Shown here in pieces: positions 1-8,054 of a stretch of DNA of 38,664 bases (position 1 is its first letter; each line of letters starts with the position of its first letter). A program made the position numbers and the translations under genes. The notes below the pieces were generated by a model that had not been told where the DNA came from, did not search any database, and was given only the letters and a program-made list of their open reading frames with translations. The stretch is taken from positions 1-38,664 of IMG/VR virus record IMGVR_UViG_3300030397_000353, one strand, 5' to 3'. The DNA comes from a virus. Taxonomy: Duplodnaviria > Caudoviricetes.

Positions 1-146
1 AATCCCGGATGAGGTAAGGTCGATAGAATTGTTGTGACACTGGGAGCTTGTCCACTGGGTGTAGTATACACACGACTGCCAGATGCAGCGGTGACACTTT
101 CCATCTCGGGGTATACGATATCATTGTTGTATTTGAACCTACTCAC
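1..146 (-). CDS. PD-(D/E)XK (Cas4-like) phage exonuclease, N-terminal part, truncated by window edge
   Basis: Not in the ORF track. Hand translation from GTG at 146 (GTGA overlap with the radical SAM stop) gives MSRFKYNNDIVYPEMESVTAASGSRVYTTPSGQAPSVTTILSTLPHPG. The G-x-R-x-Y-x-TP-x-G...PSVTTILS pattern is the typical N-terminus of this family in T4-like phages. Confidence 0.75.
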   Translation of the reverse strand, partial: MSRFKYNNDIVYPEMESVTAASGSRVYTTPSGQAPSVTTILSTLPHPG

Positions 147-1111
147 GATGGGAAGTCAACCTCCACGGACTTGCTCTTGGTTACCATGATATCAAGATGA
201 CACGTGCACCATTCTTTGTTACAAAGCGTCGGCTCTGCTGGAAGTGTATAGTCTCCGGTATAGATGTTTCCATAAGACCCACCAACGCGGCAAAGACCAC
301 CACGAACTTCTCCCCACATATCCACATTGAGCGTATCGAGACCAATATCGCACATCCACCCTTCAAACTTGTTCGCGCCTTCGAGGATGAGTGAGTTGGA
401 TACGGTTCTTTCGGTCGAACCGTCTTCGTTGGTCACCTTTAGCAAACCGGTTGGCATACCACCTAGTTGGATAGATCGTTTCGAGAATCCGTGCATCGTA
501 TCGAGGACCAATTTCTCTGCATCAGTATATGGATAAAGTTCTTCCCCGAAGCCAATCTGTAGTGGCTTGAGTTGAATGTTTGCGTTGGGTGCTGCGTCAC
601 GAATTCTGGCGGCGATGGCCAGCAATTCATCAAAGCGATTTGGAATCATTAGCATGTTGACGTGCAAGTCCGTCTGTTGCTCTATCCGTTTGGCTATCTC
701 GATGAAGTGATCGGGCTCAGCGAATTCACCGTGGTACGATAAATGAACCTTGTTGAAATAAGGAATTATCTCTTCCCAAAATCGAATTGTCCTAGAACCA
801 TTAGAAATCATCGATTGCATGATCCCCCGCTCTTTTGCGTAGGCAATCAGTTTTTTGAATTTGGGATAAACGGTGGGCTCCCCGCCCGTGTACTGGACAA
901 TCACTTCACGCCCGAGATGTCCGTGATAATGGTCGTAGCACACATCGAGGAAGTCCGTCAATTTTTCATGATCGTGCCATCCAGCAGAACCATCATGAAG
1001 AACCTTTGGGCAATAGGAGCATGCGTATGTACACCGGTTGCCTAGTGTCCATTCTACGATGGTTACCTTGCGGCTAGTATCTCGCTCAACGCGGACCATG
1101 TTTTCGTACAT
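143..1111 (-). CDS. Radical SAM protein with C-terminal SPASM/twitch-like Cys cluster
   Basis: CxxxCxxC (CTYACSYC), GGEP motif (YTGGEPT), SNGSR, and C-terminal cysteines (CDIG...LC...CNKEWCTC). Confidence 0.9.
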   Translation of the reverse strand: MYENMVRVERDTSRKVTIVEWTLGNRCTYACSYCPKVLHDGSAGWHDHEKLTDFLDVCYDHYHGHLGREVIVQYTGGEPTVYPKFKKLIAYAKERGIMQSMISNGSRTIRFWEEIIPYFNKVHLSYHGEFAEPDHFIEIAKRIEQQTDLHVNMLMIPNRFDELLAIAARIRDAAPNANIQLKPLQIGFGEELYPYTDAEKLVLDTMHGFSKRSIQLGGMPTGLLKVTNEDGSTERTVSNSLILEGANKFEGWMCDIGLDTLNVDMWGEVRGGLCRVGGSYGNIYTGDYTLPAEPTLCNKEWCTCHLDIMVTKSKSVEVDFPS

Positions 1112-1117
1112 ACTGGT

Positions 1118-1483
1118 ATGTTCCTACCTAAAAATTATGTCGAGACTATCTGGAGTCGTTCTAAAAGTCGTGCCAAAAAGGCTGGTATAGAATTTACTCT
1201 TACACGAAACGACGTTTCAGAAATGTCAATTCCGGTTACGTGTCCAGTACTCGGAATACCCTTGTGTATGGAACGGGGTGAACGGAGCGATAATAGCTTA
1301 TCCATCGACCGCATTGATTCCAGTCAGGGGTATACTCCTGATAATGTAGTATTTGTCAGTTGGAAGGTCAACCGTCTGAAAAACGATGCCACAATAGAAG
1401 AAATGCGAAAGATGGTTACTTTCTATGAAAACCTGTTAGAAGATCGGTCAGTATTTGAAAACGAGGGTCACTCGGAAGTCTGA
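1118..1483 (+). CDS. HNH-like (endonuclease VII-type) endonuclease, probable homing endonuclease
   Basis: CPVLGIPL...SLSIDRIDSSQGYTPDNVVFVSWKVNRLKN motif. Lies antisense to its neighbours. Confidence 0.8.
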   Translation: MFLPKNYVETIWSRSKSRAKKAGIEFTLTRNDVSEMSIPVTCPVLGIPLCMERGERSDNSLSIDRIDSSQGYTPDNVVFVSWKVNRLKNDATIEEMRKMVTFYENLLEDRSVFENEGHSEV

Positions 1484-1744
1484 ACCACCCATGATTCCAA
1501 CAAACTGGGATCGGCCTACACCTAGTTGTTCAACTATATCGGAAACTTGTTGGGCATGGTTTTGGATAGTGTCTACAGGAACTATATCACCCCCATCAAT
1601 CATAACTTCGATGGTGCGGTCGCGCTCATAAGAGGATGCGATTACACTGGTGTTCTTATAGTTGTGGTACAATGCATCATCAAGAGGACTGTCTTCATAG
1701 TCCTCCATCATGTCTTGAAGTGTGTAAATGTCTGGAGAAGACAT
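1448..1744 (-). CDS. Hypothetical protein
   Basis: ORF tightly packed behind 1746..1976 in the minus-strand run. Confidence 0.6.
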   Translation of the reverse strand: MSSPDIYTLQDMMEDYEDSPLDDALYHNYKNTSVIASSYERDRTIEVMIDGGDIVPVDTIQNHAQQVSDIVEQLGVGRSQFVGIMGGSDFRVTLVFKY

Positions 1745-1745
1745 A

Positions 1746-1976
1746 TTAGCTATACTCGTTACGAGCGGCGTCCTGCAAAAATTTCATCATGGCAGAAGAA
1801 TCAATCTCTTGGAGTTTCAATGCCACTTTAGCGACCGCAGATGGGCCAGTGCTCGCATACCGGGCAACACCCAAACGATTCCCATCCATCCAATCAGCAA
1901 CAGCTTTCTGAAGATTTACATCTTCGTCTTCCGTAACGATTCCTGCTAGGCGCTGGAGGTCTTCGATTTCATTCAT
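1746..1976 (-). CDS. Small hypothetical protein with LxRLAG motif, possible virion head protein
   Basis: MNEIEDLQRLAGIVTE shares its motif with both termini of 36399..38504. Confidence 0.6.
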   Translation of the reverse strand: MNEIEDLQRLAGIVTEDEDVNLQKAVADWMDGNRLGVARYASTGPSAVAKVALKLQEIDSSAMMKFLQDAARNEYS

Positions 1977-1981
1977 GAGTA

Positions 1982-2383
1982 TTACCAGCGAACAATCCAG
2001 TTGAAGGTTGTAGGAGATGCAGCGGTTTGGTCTTCACGACGAACGGCATAGCCAAGTCGTGTGAGATAACCAATGACACGATTCATACGAGTAGTGAAGA
2101 TAGCTCGATCCTGCCCCGGGAATAGCGACTCAAAAGAGTCATCAGTTCCGAAGGCAGCTTCACGGTAGATAGGACCGGTAGTCGCATCAGTCATCGGGGT
2201 CGCATTTGATTCGGCAATTCCGATTTCAACTGATAGAGCTTCCCCACGGGCAGCGGTATCTATCAACAACTGGAGAGCGTTGATTTCGACGAGAACATCG
2301 TTATCGGATGCCCCGTTACCGGCTGCAATATCGCGGGCGCGACTCGCAGGGTAGAATCCATCATCAAAAGTACGGGTTGCCAT
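1982..2383 (-). CDS. Hypothetical protein, possibly structural
   Basis: Start overlaps the upstream stop (TAATG); lies in a TAAATA-headed run. Confidence 0.65.
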   Translation of the reverse strand: MATRTFDDGFYPASRARDIAAGNGASDNDVLVEINALQLLIDTAARGEALSVEIGIAESNATPMTDATTGPIYREAAFGTDDSFESLFPGQDRAIFTTRMNRVIGYLTRLGYAVRREDQTAASPTTFNWIVRW

Positions 2384-3558
2384 TACATATCTTTCATTGG
2401 GCGTTCGCCGTCGCCGCCGTCAAGGCTGGCACCAGCAAGATCACCGGCAAGTTCATCACCGCCCAGATCGCCACCGATTTCAGGCTCGTCACCCATGGCG
2501 TCCATCGGTGAACCCATGTCACCATCATCACCGAGGTCACCAGCAGGTCCGGCACCGAGGTCACCCGGTTCAATTCCTGCATCGTCACCCTGCTTTAGGT
2601 TATCAACCGTGGCTAGGATAGTAGCTTGAAGCTGAGACAGAGCATCAGCAGCTTGGCGGACAGGCTCAAGGAACTTGTCCTCGATTTGAGCAGCAGCATC
2701 GTCGCCCATGGAAATGCGGATTTGGTTCTTCAGTTTGATGATGCCTTCACCACCAAGACGTGCAACCTGTTCAACCATCTTTTCGATAGTTGCTGCCATT
2801 TCCTCAGCAGCGGCGATAACTTCATACTTGTCCATGCTCTCTTCATTGAGAGAAGTGAGAAGCTTGGTAAATTCGCCTTGCATCTCGTTAATGGTCTGAA
2901 GATTCATCTCTTTGTTTTCCTCGATAGTTTCGCGAAGTGTGTAAGGGGAAGGTGCTTCCCATGGCCATGCACCGTCCCAACGCGTATCGCAGTATTCTCC
3001 GATAGCTTGGAGAGCATCAGAATCCGATTCGGTCAGATGCTCGATGCTAACTTTGTCCAGTGCGTTCAGACGACCGTTGGCCATCTCAACATAAATTTTG
3101 CTGAAGTCTTCTTCACTACCGTGACGCATGACTTCAAATGCTTTTGCAACGTTCAGGTCCATTTTCCATGGAACCCACATTGGGGTTGCGTTCTCACGGA
3201 AATAGCAACGATGACCAACAAGATCATCACCGAACTGACGGATTTTTCGGTAGTAGGTAAAACCCGGAACAAGAGTTTCGTCGTCACGACGGCCTTCTTT
3301 GTATTCCTTCAGGAAATTGACAGCTTCCTTAGTGAGTTGCAATTCAATGAACTCTTCACTTTGGAGCCAGTCACCATACGTGCTTTCGGAAAGCATTTTG
3401 GTGCGCTTGGCATCAAGTGATTCGAGAACCGATGAAAGAGAACGAGGCGTCATTGCCTTGTATTGACCCAGTTGTGTTTCTGGGTTTACTAGCATCAAAT
3501 CCCGCTCAAGTTTGCGGAAAGCTCTCTGGGGAGTGTCGTTAAGAAATTCCAGCGCCAT
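2383..3558 (-). CDS. Probable prohead core/scaffold-like protein
   Basis: Acidic and helical, with a D/G-rich low-complexity C-tail and several L-x-E sites (LSE, LTE, LNE). Has an AGGAG SD and an upstream TAAATA box. Function is inferred. Confidence 0.5.
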   Translation of the reverse strand: MALEFLNDTPQRAFRKLERDLMLVNPETQLGQYKAMTPRSLSSVLESLDAKRTKMLSESTYGDWLQSEEFIELQLTKEAVNFLKEYKEGRRDDETLVPGFTYYRKIRQFGDDLVGHRCYFRENATPMWVPWKMDLNVAKAFEVMRHGSEEDFSKIYVEMANGRLNALDKVSIEHLTESDSDALQAIGEYCDTRWDGAWPWEAPSPYTLRETIEENKEMNLQTINEMQGEFTKLLTSLNEESMDKYEVIAAAEEMAATIEKMVEQVARLGGEGIIKLKNQIRISMGDDAAAQIEDKFLEPVRQAADALSQLQATILATVDNLKQGDDAGIEPGDLGAGPAGDLGDDGDMGSPMDAMGDEPEIGGDLGGDELAGDLAGASLDGGDGERPMKDM

Positions 3559-3590
3559 TATCTTTGGCTCCTATCTACCTGTTGTTTTGT

Positions 3591-3596
3591 TATTTA
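3591..3596 (-). promoter_or_regulatory. Late-type promoter box TAAATA
   Basis: TAAATAACAAAA directly after the upstream stop; the same 12-mer occurs at 14600 on the plus strand. Confidence 0.65.
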
Positions 3597-4376
3597 TCAG
3601 ATTCCAAGCCGTTGCTTGACCCCACGAAGTTTCGATGCAATCTGCTGTCCCTTCTGAACAGCCTTCTGATTGCCCGACGACTCGTAAAGCTTCTTACATT
3701 CACGGTACTCGCGTGTCAGCGAAACGTACACGTCGTAATCTTCTTGAATCTGACGAACGCGTGGATCATTCACATTACCCGTAACATTCAGAAGACTTAC
3801 GATCCTTTCTGCCGGGGCTTGTACACGGAATGGTTTGTTGATTTGCATCCCAGTGGTCGTGTTTTCTACCATCCACACCGGAATCGTTTTACCACCACGA
3901 AGGGTAGCAGTACTCTTGATTGCTTTCCAATCCCATGAAGGTTCTGCGGCAGGCTGTCCGGCCAAAGACTCGGCCATCAATGCAGCCTCGTTGTCGGTGC
4001 CCATGTAGCCTTCGTGGAATAAATCCATGCCAACCTGATTGACGGTATCGTGGAGACCACCACCGATATCAACCAGATCATCCATAGTTAATTGGGAATT
4101 TTTGCGACGGACTCGGCCTGTTGCACTTGGTACGTGCTGCGGTGCTTCATCCTCTTCAAGAATCTCCATGATCTTTCGACGTGCTTCGCGAGCAACATCG
4201 TTTTCTGCGAGTTCTCGTGCTTGGACATCACCGGCCATGTCGCTGGATACGGAGGGAGTTTTGTTTCTCCATGATGCATCAAGTGCCATGGCGGTGTCCA
4301 TAGACTCACCACCCTCTAGTTGTCTTGCTTCAAATACTTCACTGGCACTCTTGCCGTTGTCTTCGTACTGGGGCAT
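3597..4376 (-). CDS. Hypothetical protein, probable head-associated
   Basis: 259-aa ORF in a tightly packed late-type run, acidic N-half. Confidence 0.65.
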   Translation of the reverse strand: MPQYEDNGKSASEVFEARQLEGGESMDTAMALDASWRNKTPSVSSDMAGDVQARELAENDVAREARRKIMEILEEDEAPQHVPSATGRVRRKNSQLTMDDLVDIGGGLHDTVNQVGMDLFHEGYMGTDNEAALMAESLAGQPAAEPSWDWKAIKSTATLRGGKTIPVWMVENTTTGMQINKPFRVQAPAERIVSLLNVTGNVNDPRVRQIQEDYDVYVSLTREYRECKKLYESSGNQKAVQKGQQIASKLRGVKQRLGI

Positions 4377-4379
4377 TGT

Positions 4380-4970
4380 TTAGAATCCTCTTGCTTTCTT
4401 TAGACGTTTGTTAGCTACCCTGATTCTCCTAGCAGTCACATTCGTTAGCTGAGTCTTCTTACGAGACTTTGATGCTTGACCGTATTTAGCTCTCTTAGTG
4501 ATTGCAAATTTGATTTTCTTCGCCGGGTCGGGAATACCGATGCAATCATTAGGATTCGCTACGCGTCGTCCGTTCTTTTTTCCACCTACACATTTGTAAT
4601 AAGTTTTCTTCTTATTGGTTTTTGGATCACGCTTGAAAATCGAGACTGCTGCCTCGGTAACCTTAAGGTCTTTGGACATACGAACTACAAGCGAATCCTC
4701 ATCAGCACGTTCTTGCTGAACACTGACAGAAATATGTTTGAGCCAATTTAAAACCATTCTCTTGACTTGCGGGATCGATGATGCTTGTTGAACAGCATGT
4801 GAAAAACCAGCAAATCGAACCGCCAACTCAACATCATCCTCTTTGACACGCTTCAGATAAATTTCATCCGGGGACGCAAGGTCCGGGGCTACCTTTTTCA
4901 TTTCGGTAGCACGAGACTTCTTGAGCTTGTTCCAAGCATCCTTCAACGTGTCAAATGTCATTTGTTGCAT
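4380..4970 (-). CDS. Hypothetical protein with basic C-half, possibly prohead core (gp68-like)
   Basis: ATG at 4970 preferred over TTG at 4982. K/R-rich domain YKCVGGKKNGRRVANPNDC follows a VTE site. The gp68 resemblance is compositional only. Confidence 0.45.
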   Translation of the reverse strand: MQQMTFDTLKDAWNKLKKSRATEMKKVAPDLASPDEIYLKRVKEDDVELAVRFAGFSHAVQQASSIPQVKRMVLNWLKHISVSVQQERADEDSLVVRMSKDLKVTEAAVSIFKRDPKTNKKKTYYKCVGGKKNGRRVANPNDCIGIPDPAKKIKFAITKRAKYGQASKSRKKTQLTNVTARRIRVANKRLKKARGF

Positions 4971-5000
4971 AATGGTACGCAAGTAGGTGATTTATTAATA

Positions 5001-5006
5001 TATTTA
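5001..5006 (-). promoter_or_regulatory. Late-type promoter box TAAATA
   Basis: AT-rich gap between the terminator and the 4970 start. Confidence 0.6.
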
Positions 5007-5034
5007 CATTTGTGCCGAAAGAAAAGGTAATGCA

Positions 5035-5065
5035 CAAAAAAGACCGCCCGAGGGCGGTCTTTTTG
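5035..5065. terminator. Intrinsic terminator, bidirectional shape
   Basis: CAAAAAAGACCGCCC-GA-GGGCGGTCTTTTTG: GC-rich stem flanked by A and T tracts, just downstream of 5089..5742. Confidence 0.9.
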
Positions 5066-5088
5066 TACTGTCCTCGTAGACGTGGTTA

Positions 5089-5742
5089 TTAGCCGACGTT
5101 TACGAAGGTGATGGTCAGACCAGCAGGGTTGGTCGTAGCTGGCAGAGCCGGAGCAGCAGCACCAGTTGTAACAACACGGCCATCAGGCAGCGTGATGGTA
5201 CCACCAGCAGACAGAGCACCGAAAGGACCAGTTGTACCACCGTCGTAAGAAACGGTAGCGAGGGAGTCCAGAAGGCTCTGGAGACCGTCTTTGGTCTTGA
5301 CAGTAGTCATACCACCGGTACCGAGACGGTCGGTGATGTCAGCTACGTGATGCTTGTCAACAGCGTTGCCTTCCAGCGGCCATGACTGGTCAACACCCGG
5401 GGTAGCACCCAGAGGCGGAAGAGCTTGGTTGAAGAAAGCACCCATTTCGTCTTGCTCAGCAGTCCAACGGAAAGCACCACCAGTGGCGGTAGAGTCGTCA
5501 ACTTGCAGAGAGACGGTGATTGCATAGGCGGTCAGAGCGCGAGCAGCGAGGCTGAGACGAAGCTGAGCCAATTCCTGTTCAACAGTCGGAACACCAGTGA
5601 TCTGGTTGTAATGAGGGTATGCGTTCGCCGGACCCTTGAGGGCGAGGAACGTGTTTGCGGTAGGGCCAGCATCAGCCTCAACGTTGAAAGTAACGTGGCG
5701 GTTGACGTTAGCACTATTCACATCATAGCGTGCTGTGGTCAT
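5089..5742 (-). CDS. Probable abundant virion structural protein
   Basis: A/T/G-rich 217 aa. Monocistronic, with its own TAAATA box, AGGAGA SD, 5' hairpin and terminator. Confidence 0.6.
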   Translation of the reverse strand: MTTARYDVNSANVNRHVTFNVEADAGPTANTFLALKGPANAYPHYNQITGVPTVEQELAQLRLSLAARALTAYAITVSLQVDDSTATGGAFRWTAEQDEMGAFFNQALPPLGATPGVDQSWPLEGNAVDKHHVADITDRLGTGGMTTVKTKDGLQSLLDSLATVSYDGGTTGPFGALSAGGTITLPDGRVVTTGAAAPALPATTNPAGLTITFVNVG

Positions 5743-5814
5743 AGTAGTAATCTCCTAAGTTATTGATTCGGCTCATTGGTTGCGGTTTCTGTGTCCGCTA
5801 ACCTGAGTTACCTG

Positions 5815-5826
5815 TAAGTATTTAGG
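5815..5826 (-). promoter_or_regulatory. Late-type promoter CCTAAATACTTA
   Basis: Identical 12-mer at 12674-12685 upstream of another structural gene. Confidence 0.75.
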
Positions 5827-5852
5827 GAAAACATCAAAAAGGTTGCACAAAA

Positions 5853-6350
5853 GTGTCATATTGCATATATCGCATAATCAATACCGTCAACGACAAGACC
5901 TATGTAGGCGTGTCAAAAACACCCAAAAAGCGCATCAGCGCTCACTTAACGGGCAAAGGTTCATTGCTTTTGCGGGATGCAGTAGCTAAGCATGGGAGGA
6001 GTGCATTCATCAGTCAAATCATTGAATGTTACGATGATGAAGTTGAGGCTAATCGACGAGCCCAGACATATATCATGCGTAATGGTGCCCTTCACCCCTT
6101 CGGATACAACAAGAGTATCGGCGGTCACGGGAGTAGTGGACACCAGTGGAACTTGAAGCAAAAGGCGGGCGTGACTGGATCGAACAACCGACGAAGTAAA
6201 TTAACGGAAGAGCAGGTTATCGGGATTTACTATGACACTCGTCCAAGGTCAGTTATCTCAAGCGAATACGGGATTAGCACGACGATGGTGACCAAGATAA
6301 AAAATGGCCGTGCTTGGAAACACGTTACAAATGTCGTGGGAGAAAAATAA
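5853..6350 (+). CDS. GIY-YIG homing endonuclease with C-terminal HTH-like DNA-binding region
   Basis: CIYRIINTVNDKTYVGVS...R...H, GYN, and C-terminal KLTEEQV...ISSEYGISTTMVTKIKNGRAWKHV. Antisense insertion. Confidence 0.85.
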   Translation: MSYCIYRIINTVNDKTYVGVSKTPKKRISAHLTGKGSLLLRDAVAKHGRSAFISQIIECYDDEVEANRRAQTYIMRNGALHPFGYNKSIGGHGSSGHQWNLKQKAGVTGSNNRRSKLTEEQVIGIYYDTRPRSVISSEYGISTTMVTKIKNGRAWKHVTNVVGEK

Positions 6351-6352
6351 GA

Positions 6353-6520
6353 TTACCTACGGATGATTACAATTCCGCCAACCTTGCGGCGTTTTTTATT
6401 TTTCTTTACGGTATCTGCAACCTGACCCAGTGTACCAGTGTGAGTCGCAATAGAACCAACGCTTGTGGCACTAGCGCTTGCATTTTCCTTCACCCGTCGG
6501 CGTAGGTCAGACATTTTCAT
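6353..6520 (-). CDS. 55-aa small protein, not in ORF track
   Basis: ATG immediately after the sulfotransferase stop. MKMSDLRRRVKENASASATSVGSIATHTGTLGQVADTVKKNKKRRKVGGIVIIRR fills the gap exactly. Confidence 0.7.
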   Translation of the reverse strand: MKMSDLRRRVKENASASATSVGSIATHTGTLGQVADTVKKNKKRRKVGGIVIIRR

Positions 6521-7321
6521 TTATGTTCGCCAAAATTGAGCATCATCGTATTTACGATATGCCGTTTCGCCTATCAATCTCTTACCATAAGGTTGTAGCG
6601 GTTCGACCTTGTTGCGAATCACATGAAGTCCCGGAATACCATGAAGGTCGTCATTCTCATGGGTTACTTGTTCAACATTGTCGAAGTCATGCGGATAATA
6701 TTCATATCCAAGAAACTCATAGATTCCTCGCATAGTTTTCTCGGGCTCGCATGCCAAATCCTCGAACTCCATAAAATGCATGCGGTCACGGAAGCCACGA
6801 TTCATGGCCTCTCGAACTCGATTGTACGCAATTCCTACGGGTTGGTCACTCCGCATCCATATGTCGGCGCGGCCTTCCATAGTTTGCCATTCATAGTAAT
6901 GCGTTTTCTCTTGTGGGAATTGCCATTCGTGGGCGTGCTTCCGAAAGAGATTTTCAAACGAAGAAAGTATGTCTGTGATTTTTCTAACAGGGACAATCAT
7001 TTTGGCCTGTCGTCCTAGAATGGATTCAGCCAGTTCCATATGGGCTACCCACCCACGTGACTTATCAAAGTAGATTGGACGCTCCACCGGACTAACGTAA
7101 TTGTGTAGAACTCCTCTTACTACAGCCAGCTTACCCGCTTTGTTCGGTGATGCCTTAAATGCCGCATTGTTTTCCCATTGATTACGAATGGACAGAACGA
7201 TGTCGAGAATTCCGGAAGTTGATGTCGCATGGAATTGGGGATTTTGATTCAGGATGTTACACAGTAAAGTAGACCCCGACCGTGGCAATCCCGAAATGAA
7301 ATGGATTTCTTTCTCTGACAT
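6521..7321 (-). CDS. Sulfotransferase family protein
   Basis: PAPS-binding loop FISGLPRSGSTLLCNILNQNP, DKSRGW, VR..DILSSF, and FEDL..EPEKTMRGIYEFLG. Confidence 0.88.
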   Translation of the reverse strand: MSEKEIHFISGLPRSGSTLLCNILNQNPQFHATSTSGILDIVLSIRNQWENNAAFKASPNKAGKLAVVRGVLHNYVSPVERPIYFDKSRGWVAHMELAESILGRQAKMIVPVRKITDILSSFENLFRKHAHEWQFPQEKTHYYEWQTMEGRADIWMRSDQPVGIAYNRVREAMNRGFRDRMHFMEFEDLACEPEKTMRGIYEFLGYEYYPHDFDNVEQVTHENDDLHGIPGLHVIRNKVEPLQPYGKRLIGETAYRKYDDAQFWRT

Positions 7322-7560
7322 TATCCGTCCTCTCGGCGTCTATGATAGCGTTTAAGGGCACGCTCGAACTTTTTGTAATCACGGTCTTTCACCGAACGCA
7401 TCCACGTGGCCATCAGCTTCCGGCGTTCGTCCTCTTCCGGAATCTGTGTTGCTAACATTTCCAAAAACTTTACTGCATGGGAATGCGCTTCTTCCCCGCG
7501 CACTCCAAGAGTGTGAGGAGAAAATTGTTTCTTAAGTTGATCAAATATACTTTGGGCCAT
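7321..7560 (-). CDS. Hypothetical protein, probably leaderless
   Basis: ATG at 7560 avoids overlap with the upstream gene and lies 5 nt after TAAATA. Confidence 0.6.
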   Translation of the reverse strand: MAQSIFDQLKKQFSPHTLGVRGEEAHSHAVKFLEMLATQIPEEDERRKLMATWMRSVKDRDYKKFERALKRYHRRREDG

Positions 7561-7565
7561 GATTA

Positions 7566-7571
7566 TATTTA
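7566..7571 (-). promoter_or_regulatory. Late-type TAAATA box, 5 nt before ATG
   Basis: TAAATA-TAATC-ATG with no SD; same geometry as 38510-38515. Confidence 0.55.
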
Positions 7572-8054
7572 ATCCGGTGCCCGTTCCCCGTATCTCCAAT
7601 GCTTCCCGTCACGGGTCGCAATGATGAATTGGCGTTTCATCTTCTTGGGAAGAATATTGAATTCCTTAGTGCCCAAACGGAAGTTCATCATTCGTTGCAA
7701 CAACTCCACCACGCCATCGAGGCCAAAGTCATCATACGGGACAAACATATTGTCTTCGAATTGGTCCTGTAGACTCTCGGGAAGCTTCGCGATGACATCG
7801 TCCGATGCCCGCATTTCGGTAGCTGTCAGAATATCAACGAATTCCGACACTGTAATGTCTTGTTGTGGAACAAAAGTTTTGCCATCAAAGTGGCGCTCAT
7901 GGGGCGGCTCCTTATCGTCATCAAAAACGATGTTGAAGAACTGAGCAATGTAATACAAATCTTCCTCGTTGAAATTAGAAAGAGGGGCGAACAGGTATTG
8001 TTCAAAAAACATACCATGGTCATCCAACGCCGGAATTTCACTCTGTTTCGTCAT
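7569..8054 (-). CDS. Hypothetical protein
   Basis: 161-aa ORF overlapping the helicase end. Confidence 0.65.
   Translation of the reverse strand: MTKQSEIPALDDHGMFFEQYLFAPLSNFNEEDLYYIAQFFNIVFDDDKEPPHERHFDGKTFVPQQDITVSEFVDILTATEMRASDDVIAKLPESLQDQFEDNMFVPYDDFGLDGVVELLQRMMNFRLGTKEFNILPKKMKRQFIIATRDGKHWRYGERAPD

Noticed and set aside
2626-3420. 264-aa plus-strand ORF, and similar long antisense ORFs at 11926..12606 and 22831..23583
   Set aside because: They are shadows of well-supported minus-strand genes, with no motifs or RBS.
3559-3612. Anti-SD hairpin upstream of 2383..3558, and similar weak pairings near 17710-17760 and 31120-31155
   Set aside because: Only 4-5 bp interrupted stems, not distinguishable from chance.
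6375-6402. Possible plus-strand terminator after the GIY-YIG gene
   Set aside because: Only a 4-bp stem, and the T-tract is explained by Lys/Asn codons of the antisense 55-aa ORF.
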